A model generated the notes under the pieces. The model was not told the DNA's origin, did not search any database, and saw only the letters and a program-made list of their open reading frames with translations. Shown piece after piece: positions 26,923-40,221 of a DNA stretch of 64,000 nucleotides. The stretch is taken from contig NC_043003.1 of assembly GCF_006345805.1 (NCBI RefSeq), forward strand, positions 70,866,001 to 70,930,000. The letters run 5' to 3'. Every line of letters begins with the position of its first letter. Position 1 is the first letter of the stretch. Both the position numbers and the translations under genes were made by a program. The stretch comes from Octopus sinensis. Lineage: Eukaryota.

Positions 26923-27105
26923 AATGTGACAATTATGTATAAAAAAACATTTTTGAATTCATAATATCCAATGTGACAATTATGTAAAAACCTTTTTGAA
27001 TGCATAATACTCAATGTGACAATTATGTAAAAACCTTTTTGAATGCATAATACTCAATGTGACAATTATGTAAAAAACTTTTTTTGAACCCATATTATTC
27101 AATGT
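26923..27105. repeat. Minisatellite, about 4 units of about 43-47 bp
   Basis: Unit aatgtgacaattatgtaaaaacctttttgaatgcataatactc. Units 2 and 3 are identical. Confidence 0.9.
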
Positions 27106-27118
27106 TTCCTTAAATGTA

Positions 27119-27159
27119 ACTTTTGACAATCTTTTACCAAAGAGTGAAACCGGTTAAGT
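27119..27159 (+). ncRNA. Degenerate type I hammerhead-like motif with U3-A8 core
   Basis: ACTT-TTGACAA-tct(tttaccaa)aga-gt-GAAAC-CG-GTT-AAGT. About 45 nt upstream of (TA)n. Confidence 0.4.
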
Positions 27160-27198
27160 AAATAAACATCGTTTAAATTGCATTTTCAAACCTTCTTT

Positions 27199-27251
<53 letters not shown>

Positions 27252-27374
27252 ATACATACATACATACATACATACATACATACATACATACATACACACA
27301 TACACCACAAAATCACATTTTCTAATTCTTGACAAAGGAGAAATTCTCCCAACGCAATTGAGAGGTATTAGATT

Positions 27375-27431
27375 GGCATACTGTTGCTGTTGTTTTTGGT
27401 GTTGTTGTTGCTGTTGCTGCTGTAGTAATAA

Positions 27432-27480
<49 letters not shown>

Positions 27481-27522
27481 TGTAGTAGTAGTTGTAGTTG
27501 TAGTAGTAGTAGTAGTAATGTC

Positions 27523-27564
<42 letters not shown>

Positions 27565-27565
27565 G
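27375..27565. repeat. Trinucleotide microsatellite block (TGT/TGC)-(AGT)n-(AAT)n
   Basis: Directly visible. A similar (CAT)-(CAG)-(AGT)n block lies at 47460-47590. Confidence 0.95.
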
Positions 27566-27589
27566 CCATGATGCAATACCATGCAGTCA

Positions 27590-28120
27590 TGGCTTCTGAT
27601 CTTAACCGATCGGAAGTGTCATCATGTACATTGCTTTGTCTTGGTATAAAAGATGGGCTACAACAAATATTCTAGTCAATATCAGAGATTTACTTGTCAG
27701 TTGTTTGATCTTAACCAATTGAGTATTCCCTTGATGGCTGACGATATGTGCATCTCTGATCACGAGCAGAAGTAGTGGGGGAACATCACAGTCATGTGTC
27801 GAGAGGAATCTTTTGGTGTTTGGATAATTTACCTTTGGAAACACGGCTGTTTCGTTCAACATTCTAAAACAACCCCTATTCAAGGACCTTTTGAGCGAGA
27901 TGGGCTACTCGACCCGAAGAAAATTCTAACTGGGCCCCCACCTGAAAGGTCATGTGCTGCTTATCTTGATATGATATCACCATGTCGCGCACATATGGTT
28001 GTAATGCATTGCCTGGTGTACCCTTATCACACGGGTAGTCATGATGGGTATACTGGGCTTCGTATATTTTACTCCAGTGTCACTTTGATGGCATGCACTG
28101 CTCTCTCAGTCAATAATGAT
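27590..28120 (+). mobile_element. Unclassified GC-richer interspersed element between (AAT)n tracts
   Basis: Composition shift and (AAT)n boundaries. No second copy was seen in the window, so repeat status is inferred. Confidence 0.3.
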
Positions 28121-28229
28121 AATAATAATAATTGTCTCTAACATAAGCACAAGATCTGAAAATCGTGGTGGAAGAGTTAGTTGATTAAATTCATTCCAGC
28201 ACTTGACTAGCACTTAGCGTTCTGGAGCC

Positions 28230-29290
28230 ACCATCCAAAACTAATATTAATAGAATATACCGGACCTGCATACAAAGAAGGCAGAATCCGATATAAATAT
28301 TAAATCACTATAAAGTAACAACAGTGGGACCCGAAAATATTTAAAAGCAAACTACGAGGAAGTTATTAATATTATAAAGTTAACATAAAGAAAACAGAAC
28401 ACTTCTTATTTTTATATTGAGGAAGCAATCAAGTACAGACTGAAAATTATATTGAGAAAAAAATTACATTAGAACAAAACAAGAATAGTTACTTAAAGAA
28501 AACAGGATTCCAAAACAGACAAAAGAAAATGAGAGAAAACCCACTCCAAGGCCAACACCCACCTTGACTTGTAGAAAACAAATATACCAGAGTGAAAGCA
28601 AACAATAACTTAAAAGTACTGGACTAAAAGTGGAAACAGATGGTTTTATTTTAGCTGTGCAAGTCCAATTCTGACCACAAATAATTATGGAAATAAAATA
28701 CAGTAAGTGCAAACTAAGCAATCAGTACAACGAGAAGATTAACCACATCATTTCAGGTTGCTCGATCCTTGATAAGTCCGTATGTATTTACAGATACGAT
28801 CGAGTTGGCTGCTATGTCCACTGCGCTGTATGTCAGCACTTCAACGGAAAATGGAGAAGTGTCTCACCACCCTCCAAAGCAACACATGTCAACAGTCATC
28901 AGATGTCCAGGTGGAACTCCATTTTAACGCTTCAACGCGATGCGGATGTCCACGCTTTCGAACAGTCTTGTCCTGGTTACATGATCAACATCTGCTTTTA
29001 TTTCTTTCAAGGCCCTTTCCACCAGGGTACATGGCAGTAAAGTGGCCACAACCATCTGATACGTATCTGTTCAAACTGACAGCGGGATCAGGGTACAAAC
29101 CGGTTAGTAATATCTATGAAAGACCTGGATTAAAATGCATGAACTCTGAGAGACATCTTGATCCTTTGTAACAAATGTATTGCTCAGAAGTAGGCGGATA
29201 AGCTGTCAAAGTTCAACGCTCTTGAAATGGAAATAAGCAAGATGTGGAGTTTGAAAGGGAAAACTACCAATAATATGTGGAGTACCTAGT
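28230..29290 (+). mobile_element. Degenerate RLE-type LINE (R4/Dong-like): CCHC knuckle and endonuclease remnants
   Basis: GLKVETDGFILAVQ...CKLSNQYNEKINHIISGCSILDKSVCIYRYDRVGCYVH, later DKLSKFNALEMEISKMWSLK. Stops, frameshifts and an internal insert are present. Confidence 0.7.
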
Positions 29291-29599
29291 GTTTTCCACT
29301 TTCTATTTTTTGCAGTCATTAAACTGCACCCAGTTCGGGGCACCGTCTCCGAAGGTTTTAATCAAACAAATCACCCCCGGTACTTATTTTAAAATCTGGT
29401 ACTTACTCTATCGTCCCTTTTCCCGAACTGCTAAGTTCCAGAAACGTAAATAATCCAACACCGGTTGTCATCTGTATTAAAATACATAAACCATAACATG
29501 TGAAAGTTACCAGGGTTCACAATGCTCCTCGCATTTCAAGCAATAACTAACGTTATATTAGTACGGGGGGATCGGGAATTCCAGAAGAAACTCTATTTT

Positions 29600-30640
29600 G
29601 TAAATAAAGCTGAGAAATTCAGAGCAGAGTTACACGTTACAGAAATAGAAAACACTAGCGAAGCTGACCTAAAACCAACAAAGGTAGCCAAAATGCGTAG
29701 AATGAGAACAAAAGCAGGACTTGAAATCCTTCAAAGATAGGTGACAGTAGAACGCTCTATGCTTCCAATACTCACTTCGCACTCAGGAGGTTGATGGACA
29801 CCAATCACAAAACCATCAGTGACTACGAAGTTCAGGGTTGAATGCAGAAACAAGGGGTTTCATTCTTGCTGTCCAGGACCAGAATCTATACAGAAAAAAA
29901 GTATCAAGCTAACGTACTCAAAAGAGGAGCAAACCCCAAGGGAAGTGTCTACAATGCCAATATCGGCACAATTTGCCATATAGTATCTGGATGCCTAAGT
30001 CTAGCTCCAACTGAATATAAAGCCAGACATGACATTCACTGGACTTTGCATAAAAAGCCTCGGTGCTGTAGTTGTGAAAAGCTGGTGTGAACACCAACGT
30101 AAACCAGGAGTTCGCAGTATGCAGTGGTCTCTAAAAGCGGCGAGCTAGCAGAAACGTTAGCGCGCCGGGCGAAATGCTTGGCGATATTTCGTCTGTCTTT
30201 ACGTTCTGAGTTTAAATACTGCCGAGGTCGACTTTGCCTTTCATCCTTTCGAGGTCGATAAATTACGTACCAGTTGCGTACTGAGATCGATCGAATAGAC
30301 CGGCCTCATCCCCAAAAATTTCGGGTCTTGTACCTAGAGTAGAAAAGTATTTAGTGGTCTCACAGTTAATGCCAAACGCCCAGATTTTATAGTTAAAGGC
30401 TACAAACACAAGAGCTGCTTACTTATAAATATGACAGAAATGTACCTGCCAAGGGATATGATAGACTTACCAAAGGTAAAGGACTAGAAATTGCAATAAG
30501 CAGGATGTGGCAGTGTTAACTGGAGCAGCATTAGGAGTTATAAAAATAAGTTAGCGACTTCCTTGAAAAAGACCCTAACATATACGGAATCCCCAAAATA
30601 GTACAAAACAATACAGTTTCCACTCAACATAGTTCTAGTC
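29600..30640 (+). mobile_element. Second degenerate R4/Dong-like LINE fragment, interrupted by a family A SINE (30136-30350)
   Basis: TICHIVSGCLSLAPTEYKARHDIHWTL, later KGLEIAISRMWQ. The SINE is flanked by the repeat agtggtctc. Confidence 0.6.
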
Positions 30641-31022
30641 CTTGTAATCTATATTCTATAAACCAAACCATTTTGTCTCTTCTCTCTGTTGTTACTTGAA
30701 CCAAAAACAAAAACCAAACAGGACCAGGAGCTGTGTCGAACAATAACATAACACAAAAACGCCTGCTCTAAGTTACTGGTTGTCGTTCGGCAGGTGGTTG
30801 TTATCTAGCCGATATCAAAGCAAGAAGAAGAAGGAGGAGGAGGAGGAGGAGAATTAGTAAACATAAGTCCATCCACTCCAGTCTATATATTAACGCAGGG
30901 GGTCATTCATTTAATGAAATGTTCGTCAGATAAACTAATTTTGCAGTACAAAACGAGAATGCTTTGCCAGAGATTTTACAGCATTAGTTTCTCTTTTAAA
31001 CCATTTCCCTTGTTTCCTTTCT

Positions 31023-31252
31023 TATTTCTTTATTGCCCACAAGGGGCTAAACACAGAGGAGACAAACAAGGACAGACAGACAGATTAAGTCGATTACATC
31101 GACCCCAGTGCGCAACTGGTATTTAATTTATCGACCCCGAAAGGATGAAAGGCAAAGTCAACCTCGGCGGAAATTGAACTCAGAACGTAGCGGCAGAAGA
31201 AATCCGCTAAGCATTTCGCCTGACGTGCTAACAATTCTGCCAGTTCACCGCC
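31023..31252 (-). mobile_element. SINE family A, full length
   Basis: Reverse complement of the 9515 copy. Confidence 0.88.
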
Positions 31253-31446
31253 TTGTTTCCTTCCTATTAATCTTGTGTTCTTTCTATTTCCTTTCTATTA
31301 ATCACCTTGTCTTGAAGCATTTTGTTAAAATCCTAAGAAAATAGTTTCGGTAAGTTGATTCCAGATCTGCTGAGATTTTGGTGATAACGTTTATTCCAGA
31401 AAAGCCTTGCAGCTGTTTAAATTACACTTTTCATTCTTCTCTGATG

Positions 31447-31523
<77 letters not shown>

Positions 31524-31637
31524 CTGTTTCTCTCCGTCTCTCTCCATATGTGTATGTGCTTTGTGTGTACACACATACACACACACATATATATTTATGT
31601 ATATATATATGTGTGTGTGTATACATATATATATGTA

Positions 31638-31707
<70 letters not shown>

Positions 31708-31899
31708 AGAGACTGACTCTCAGAGACAGACTCTCAGACAGGGACAGACAGATAGATTAGAATGAAAGAGAGTGAAGAGAGAGGACTCCTAAGGCTAAAT
31801 GATCAAATAGCTCCGTTTCACGTATCCTTGCAAGGTGACCTTCACTTCACGAGGTAATACCTAAAAATATCAACGTCTTACATTGCCATCTTCTAAACG

Positions 31900-32580
31900 T
31901 TTAGGACCGGTATAATTACTAACACAGGAACATGTATCATACATCAAAATGAAGCTGGTCCTCTGTGGATCACATCCCTACTTCTCAACATAGTCACCGT
32001 TTCTCTCAATAGCAATGTTCCTCCTTCGAATGAGGGCATGTATCCTTGCCCCGTAAAATTCTGTTGACTGTTCTTTGAGCCACTTCTTCACTACAGTTTT
32101 CAATTCCTCGTCACTGGAATAATGTTTACCTCTCAAGCCCTCTTTCATGGAGCCGAAGAGATGATAGTCTGAAGGCACTAAATCTGGTGAGTGTGGAGGT
32201 AGCGAAGAAGTGGCTCAAAGAACAGTCAACAGAATTTTACGGGGCAGGGATACATGCTCTCATTTGAAGGTGGAACATTGCTATTGAGAGAAACGGTGAC
32301 TATGTTGAGAAGGAAGGATGTGATCCACAGGGGGCCAGCTTCATTTTGATGTATGATACATGTTCCTGTGTTAGTAATTATACCGGTCCTAAACGGGGCA
32401 AGGATACCTGCTCTCATTCGAAGGTGGAAAATTGCTATTGAGAGAAACGGTGACTATTTTGAGAAGTAGGGATGTGATCCACAGAGGACCAGCTTCATTT
32501 TGATGTATGATACATGTTCCTTTGTTGGCTATTATACCTGTCCTATTTAAAATGGCATTACTTTTTGACTCAGCCTCGTA
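31900..32580. mobile_element. Second palindromic mariner derivative with a tandemly duplicated right arm
   Basis: Left arm (minus) reads SPDLVPSDYHLFGSMKEGLRGKHYSSDEELKTVVKKWLKEQ...DYVEK*. The right arm is inverted. About 32393-32580 repeats the arm and ends in the TIR ggcattactttttgactcagcctcg-TA. Confidence 0.85.
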
Positions 32581-33046
32581 CAATATCCAACAAGCAGATA
32601 ATTCAGTTCCACTACTTTCACAGATTGAATCAATGCTTAAATTCCTACTCAACAATAGCAGAAATTATTGATGTTAAAAATGCCAAACAATTTTTTACCA
32701 CTGTTTACTAAACAGAATTAAATGTGTTTTCGTTTCGTCTTGATTTCTCGAAATCTAGCTTTTTTTCTCTATGTATGTCAGTCAAGCAACATTCTGTAGA
32801 AAATTGAAGCCGAATAAACCCCGCTCTTACCCAACACACACCGCACAAAAAGAAAGTAAATGAAAATGCTGTTGAAATACGTTCCCATAGTTACATACTA
32901 ACACAGTTTTTCAGACTTTACTTGTTATGATAGTTAATAATGGTATAAAATAAAATAACATCCATATAACATGCCTACATGCATTCATTTCATATGTGTG
33001 TGTGTGTGTGTGTGTGTATGTGTGTATGTGTGTGTGTGTGCATGTG

Positions 33047-33085
<39 letters not shown>

Positions 33086-33091
<6 letters not shown>

Positions 33092-33461
33092 CAATAGCCC
33101 AGTGGTTAGGGTAGCGAACTTGCAGTCGTAGGATCGCGGTTTCCATTCCCAGACCGGCGTTGTGAGTGTTTATCGAGCGAAAACACCTAAAGCTCGACGA
33201 GGCTCCGGCAGAGGGTGGTGGCGAACCCTGCCGTACTCTTTCACCACAACTTTCTCTCATTCTTTCTTCCTGTTTCTGCTGTACCTGTATTTCAAAGGGC
33301 CAGCCTTGTCACACTCTGTGTGACGCTGAATCTCCCCGAGAACTACGTTAAGGGTACACGTGTCTGTGGAGTGCTCAGCCACTTGCACGTTAATTTCAGG
33401 AGCAGGCTGTTTCTTGATCGGATCAGCTGGAACGCTCATCGTCGTAACCGACGGAGTGCCA
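33086..33461 (+). mobile_element. SINE family B, full length
   Basis: Homologous to 6793-7181. Confidence 0.88.
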
Positions 33462-33473
33462 CGCATAACATAT

Positions 33474-33527
<54 letters not shown>

Positions 33528-33540
33528 TACACATATATAT

Positions 33541-33858
33541 TTCGTTTTTGGGATTTGGTTTGCATGATTTTTATGTGAGTTCGTGTGTGAAGCATATTCT
33601 GTTTGTGTCTGAGGAAAGTCATTTTCTTTTTTGTGTCTTATAATTGAACACACTCACCGGTAAAATTTCCACTTATTTTCATTTTCTTAAAATTTTCGTT
33701 GTGTCTTGCAGCCTTAATGGACAGAGTCAAGACAACTGCAAAGGTTGCAAGACGCAACGAAAATTTTAGGAAAATAAAATAAGAAATAAGTGGAAATTTT
33801 ACCGGTATGTTTAATTATAAGGTATTAAAAGAAAATTACTCTCCCCAGACACAACAGT
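33541..33858. mobile_element. Two opposed copies of repeat family E forming an imperfect hairpin (33603-33715 / 33741-33854), flanked by (TA)n
   Basis: Other family E copies at 36262-36405(+), 45915-46063(-) and 50465-50670(+). Arms are about 80% identical. Confidence 0.8.
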
Positions 33859-33864
33859 ATATAT

Positions 33865-33911
<47 letters not shown>

Positions 33912-35091
33912 TTATATATATATATATATTATATATATATATATACATATATATTGTGTGTGTGTGTGTGTGCATGTGTATGTGTGTATTTAATTTTATT
34001 TAGTTTCCATATTTTCTTGGAAGGAAAGTCTAGTAATTACTTTCTCTTCTAATGTTTTATTTTTTAATTGTTTCATTCCCTGCGTCCATGCTGGAGCACT
34101 GGCTTGATGGGTCTGCTTGAATAAATCGAGCCCACTATTTCATTTTAAGTCTGATGATTAGTTTTATCGATTTCGTTTGTCTGATCGTTAAGTTACACGG
34201 ACGCAAACAAACCAATACAGGCTGTCAAACAGTTCCAGGGGCGACTAAGACAAAGACAAATACAATCACACACAGACACACACGTGTGTGTGTATGTGTT
34301 TGTGTGTGTGTTTGTGTGTATGTATGTGTGTGCGTGTGTTTGTGTGTATGTGTGTGCGTTTGTGTGTGTGTGTATTTGTGTGTCTGTGTGTATGTGTGTA
34401 TTTGTGTTAGTGTGTGTGTGTGTGTGTGTGTGTGGATACGATGGGCTTCCATTTAGTTTTCGCTTAACAAATTTACTCACAAGACATCCGTCGCCCCGGG
34501 TTATAATAGAAGACACTTACCCAAGTTGCTGCCACTGGGATTGAACCCTAAGTGTCGTTGTTGCAAAACGAGCTTCCGGAACATACAGCCACGCCTGCAC
34601 CTGTACATGCGGAGAGAAGAATTTAATTTCATTTCATTTGTCATCTTTTTAGCGAATGGTTTTTTTTTCGAATTATGCAACAGAATCGAAACACAGAGAA
34701 CGTATCTATGTTATTCTCAAATAGATATAATCTATCGTTTCTCGATTATTGTGGGTTAATTTATGTCAACCATGTTTGATGACATGCGCGTTAGTAGTGA
34801 CACGCTGCGAATTTTAAAGAAACATGTGATGAACTTAGAAAAATAAAATTTCTTTGCAATATCATGTTATAAAAAGCTTATCTATAAATCTCTTTAGTTA
34901 CAACTAAAACAGATATATGTTATATATGTATCATTCTAGATGCAGAATTGCGACGGAAATTGTAATGGCGACAAGTCAAGCTAAAATGTTCGCCATATTT
35001 CAATCGTGATAGTATAAGTTAGCCCTTTCGGTATTATATATACATACATACATACACACACACACATATATATATATGTATGTATGTATGT

Positions 35092-35166
<75 letters not shown>

Positions 35167-35193
35167 TATATAATATATATGTATGTATGTATG

Positions 35194-35225
<32 letters not shown>

Positions 35226-35274
35226 TATATATATATACAAATATATATTATACAGTACGTATTAATTTGTGGAC

Positions 35275-35552
35275 GTTAGGGCAGCGGTCTAGTGGTCGGA
35301 GGATCGCAGTATCGATTCCCAGACCGGGCGTTGTATGTGTTTATTGAGCGAAAACACCTAAAAGTTCCACGAGACTCCGGCAGGTTGGGGGGGGGGGGCA
35401 ACCCCTGTTGTACTCTTTCGCCACACCTTTCTCTCACTCTCTCTTCTTGTTTCTTGAGTAACGCTGCGATGGACTGGCGTCCCGTCCTGCTGGGGTAAAC
35501 ACATACGCCACAGAAACCGGGAAACCGGGCCCATCAGCCTGGCTAGGCTTGA
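35275..35552 (+). mobile_element. Chimeric SINE: family B head plus alternative tail (gcgatggactggcgtcccgtcc...cctggctaggctt)
   Basis: The same tail is joined to a family C head at 41415-41652(-). Confidence 0.75.
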
Positions 35553-36177
35553 AAAGGGCGACGTTTATCGTTTTTTTTTACGTATTAATTTAAGCCGCGC
35601 ATGGATTTTTACATTCTGAAAATTACCCAAAATTTTCAAAGTTGAATATCAGCGCAAACCGGATACCGGTAAATTAAATATGACTTTTTTCTTCAACAAA
35701 ATCTCCTGAAGCATTTTTGTTAAAAAGAAAAAAAAAAAAGACTCGAATGAATATGCAATCTCTTTTTCTTTCTTTGTCATTTGTATTACGCATGTCGAAC
35801 TTAGCTTTTGAATACGTGCACCAGTATAATTTCAGTTAAATTGTGATACAAAAACAACATATATTCTTTGAAAACATATTCTACGGTTTTATTTTCATAC
35901 ATATATATACATAGAATAAATCTTCAGTTAAATTGTTTTAGCTACACAAAAACTATATAAATTTGACGCATTTTCAACCTTTCACCAGTATCTCAATATT
36001 ATACACACACGCGCATATATATATTTGAAGAAAATGACTGGCTCAGCTGTGAAATTGGAACCTAGCGGATAAGCAATTATAGCACTTATCATACCTATTC
36101 GTTTAGATCACCAGTGAACTAATCTCCTCCTATTTTCTCTCTCTCTCTCTCTCTCTCTCGCTCTCTGTCTGTCTGTC

Positions 36178-36254
<77 letters not shown>

Positions 36255-37286
36255 CATACATATTTCGTTTTTGAATTTGGTTTGCGAGATTCTTTATGTG
36301 AGTTCGTGTGCTGAAGATTATTTTGTAAGTATAAAATAGATTGATAAATAGAGTGGAAACTTTACCGGTGAGTATGTTAAATAATAAGGCACTAAAATAA
36401 TAAGGCATATATATGCGTGTGTTGTCTGTGTGTGTGTTGTGTGTATGTGTGTGTGGTGTGTGTGTATGCGCGTGTGCGTGTGTATATGTGTGTGTGTCTT
36501 TGTGCCTGAGTGTGCTTTACCACCGCTTGACAACCGGTGCTGGTGTGTTTGTTTCCCCCAAAACTTAGCAGTTCCGAAAACGAGGGCACAAACCGATAGA
36601 ATAAATACCAGGCTTTAAAAAACATTAAGTACTGCGGTGGCTTCAATCAATTAAAAATTCTTCAAATGGTGCCCCAGCATGGCCGCAGTCATATGATTGA
36701 AACAACTAAAAGTAATTAAAAAAGAAAAGATATAGAATCAATTGTCTATTGTTATTAACCTAATGATACAATCCATCAATCACTTTCGTAATATCATTTT
36801 TAATTATCAGCAATTATTCAATCATTTCCAATAATTCAATTATCTTCCATTATTTTGAGAACAATATCAACAAATGGTTTTATCCATTATTATCACAATA
36901 TTTTCGTAAAACAATAACAATCCAAATAGAATTAGCTCGAGGCAAATAAATCAAATAAATTAGATATTTTCTCCCATCTGATACTTGGAAGTTCTGACCA
37001 ATTTCTGAAATTTGGTGCCAAATTTCTAATGAATAATTTGTTTGATTCTTACGTTTAAATTGCACTGGATGACACCTTCGCGCGTCAGAAATTGTAACGA
37101 TGATCCGGTGTAATTCAAATACAAAATGGATTCGATGTTGAATTAATTTTTTGAGAATAATGTCTGCACCTTTATCGGGCTTCCACACAATTTCCATCTA
37201 CCAAATTCACTGGTCGACTTGCCTAAGGTCTGAACCCGAAGTGGTTGCAAAGCGAGTTTCTTAACCACAATATGAAAGGTCGGCGA

Positions 37287-37517
37287 GGCGGCAAGCTAGC
37301 AGAATCATTAGCACGCCGGGCGAAATGCTTAGTGATATTTCTTCTGCAGCTACGTTCTGAGTTCAAATTCCGCCGTGGTCGACTTTGCCTTTCATCCTTT
37401 CGGGGTCGATTAAATAAATACCAGATACGCACTGGGGTCGATGTAATAGACTTAATCTCTTTGTCTGTCCTTGTTTGTCCCTTCTATGTTTAGCCCCCTG
37501 TGGGCAATAAAGATATA
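37287..37517 (+). mobile_element. SINE family A
   Basis: Homologous to 9515-9745. Confidence 0.85.
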
Positions 37518-37624
37518 AATATGAAAGTGTCTTCTTTCTACCAAGGAATGAACAATAATATATCCTAGCAGACAACGACTTTTTAGAGCAACGTAACGCA
37601 TATAAACTTAACAGAACAAAACAT

Positions 37625-37800
37625 AATCGAATTAATAATAATCTACATTGACATAAACTCGGTCCCAGGACCGAAGGGATATCCAGCTTTGCTTCTAAAC
37701 CCCTGTTAACCAGCCTTGCTATTCACCTGAAAATACTTTATCAAGATTCTTTAGATGCCGGTCAAATACCCAAAATGTTAGAAGTAGTGATAACACTTTA
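37625..37800 (+). mobile_element. LINE reverse-transcriptase N-terminal fragment (CR1/L2/Jockey group)
   Basis: IDINSVPGPKGYPALLL...LAIHLKILYQDSLDAGQIP resembles the .PGPDG...L.ILF..SL..G.IP region of such RTs. Confidence 0.45.
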
Positions 37801-37809
37801 TTATATATC

Positions 37810-37943
<134 letters not shown>

Positions 37944-37944
37944 C

Positions 37945-37997
<53 letters not shown>

Positions 37998-38269
37998 GAT
38001 ATATATATATATAAAGGACTGTGTAACGCATGGACAATTATAAAGCTGTTTCATCTTACATTTGAAAAGTTCTTGAGAGAATCATATCTAACAAAACATT
38101 TTGTCCAGTAGAACGTTTTAACAACACTCAACACACGGACGGAACTGTCTGACCCAACTGCTACAGCAATTCAACCAAACATCGTAAAGTTTGCTATGTA
38201 GACCAAAAAGCAAGAGTGTATAATTTGTTTCAACTGTACATACGCAAAAAAGAATGTCCTGAAATAAAC

Positions 38270-38810
38270 TTAGAAAATTCCTCTGTTATGGAATACATTC
38301 ATAAACACAAACTCAAGGAATGCTGGTGGAATATTCCCATCAAAACATCTGTCAAATGTAAACATAACAGGTCGGATATTGTTGCTTGGGACGGAGGAGC
38401 AAAATTTTGTACCGTCATAGAGGTCAGCTGCCCTGCTGATATAAAAATCTCTTTGAAAATCAAAGAACATGAGGATAGCTATGGACAACTGCTTCGAAAC
38501 TTCCAGCTTCTATATCCAGACTATGAATTCATATTCATACCAACAATAATTGGAGCACTAGGTTTTGTTAGTAAATGCTTAAAGGAGAATCTGGATAAAC
38601 TGGGATTTTCAGAAAGAGAAATCAACTGGGTAATTCGTACATTACAAGTGCAATCTGTGAGTGGAACAATAAAAATATGCAAAACTTTTCTAAAGTTCCA
38701 AATGTGAATTTGTCTGTGTTAACAACATCCCAAAGATGGAGCCGTGTATCTTTGTTTTAAACCGACTCCCTCCTCAGTGGAAGATTTACAATAATTAAAA
38801 AATAGAAGAC
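38270..38810 (+). mobile_element. Best-preserved 3' end of an R4/Dong-like LINE (PD-(D/E)xK restriction-like endonuclease)
   Basis: Open frame WWNIPIKTSVKCKHNRSDIVAWD...IEVSCPAD...IIGALGFV...KTFLKFQM* (to 38707), followed by a 3'UTR. Confidence 0.85.
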
Positions 38811-39279
38811 ATACATTCGTACATACATATATCGTCATATCATATGAAGTATAACAAAGTTTAAAACAGGAAAGAGCACCACATTATTGAATGCCCCTTG
38901 AATCTCCAGGGACAAAAAGCCCTTAAACAGGTCCTGCTTTTCATCCTGCAGGATGTCCAAAATCGCCCTCTTCCCTAACCAAACCCAATACGATTACTAT
39001 GCTTAATCACCAACCACTCGAACATATTACATGTTGTACTAGGTTACATGTTGTACTAGGTTACATGTTACCAGTAACGGTTTCAAACGACCAGACATAC
39101 ATATATTTATGATGGGTTAACGCACACTTTTCCTTCAACCAAATTCGACTAACAATATCTTGCTCATCCCGCTACCCATGGTTGAACAAACTCAAGGTTT
39201 CAAACAATGGGGTCGAACCGGATGCACGTGATTACGAAGCAACCTTCTTAACCGTACAACCGTAACTACTAATGCTTCT

Positions 39280-39467
39280 TTTTCACACCTCTCTCTCCCT
39301 CTCCCTCTCTTTCCCCCTCACTCTTGCTTTCTCTCTCACTCCCCTCCCTCTCTCTTACTCTCCTCTCACACTCTTTTCCATCCCTCTCTCTCTCCCCTGC
39401 TCTCTCTTTCTTCCTTCTCCCTTTCTCTCTCTCTCTCTATCGTCCTCTCTCTCTCTCACACACACAC

Positions 39468-39511
<44 letters not shown>

Positions 39512-39700
39512 GCACACTCTTACACATCTTCAGTACATTTCTCTTCAGAGTCAAGCTTTTATACTCTTTTGCTGTTTTTCACCCCCCCCTCTCACCTCCT
39601 TTCTCTTCTCTCTCTGTCTCTCCCTTTTTTCTTCCTTTTTTCTTTTCTCCCTATCTCCCTCTCTCCCTCTCTTTGTTTCTCTCTTTGTTTCCAATGTATT
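39280..39700. repeat. Pyrimidine-rich (TC)n/(CA)n low-complexity tract
   Basis: Directly visible. Explains the ORFs at 39272 and 39324. Confidence 0.9.
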
Positions 39701-39997
39701 CTTCCTTTGCTCACTGTTCATTACAATACCATTTCTACTTCACCATTTAAGGAACCTCCACCCCCTACATATGTCTTAATATATTCGTTTCTCATTTTTC
39801 TGTTCAAATAAGCTTCAAAGTTCAAGACAGAATAAATATACAAATAAATAAATAAATAAATAAATAAATAAATACATAAATAAAAGAATGAATAAGGCAG
39901 TTCTCGAGGAAACGAATTATCTCGGCAGGAATGGAAGCAGCAACAAAAAGAACCAGCAGAAAAAAATCTTATCATCGTTCTCTTTTCTTCATTTTAG

Positions 39998-40084
39998 CCT
40001 TTAAAGAATTCAGATTAAAAGCTGCTTTATCTTCGTCCATGAAAGCAGCAGCATATTGTAGAGTCAAGTTAAATATTTGATAAG
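39998..40084 (+). other. Candidate non-coding 5'UTR exon (87 nt) of the GPCR or another + strand transcript
   Basis: Unique sequence bounded by acceptor ttctcttttcttcattttAG (39996-39997) and donor AAG|GTAAGA (40085). Contains a 13-codon uORF at 40039-40080. Prediction from splice signals only. Confidence 0.4.
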
Positions 40085-40221
40085 GTAAGAAGAAATTATT
40101 AAAATATGCTAATACGTATGTAAAGTGAAAGTTGGTGCGGTTCTTCCCGTCGCTTTTTCTCTTGTCGTCGTTGTCGTCATTGCTGTCACTGTTTGAGTAT
40201 ACGCATATATGTACTTTGTGT

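Noticed and set aside
26923-27105. Repeat array as a CRISPR
   Set aside because: No unique spacers, eukaryotic context, and no cas genes.
27178-27675. Cys/Ser/Ile-rich ORF resembling a secreted or low-complexity protein
   Set aside because: Entirely (TGC)/(AGT)/(AAT) repeats.
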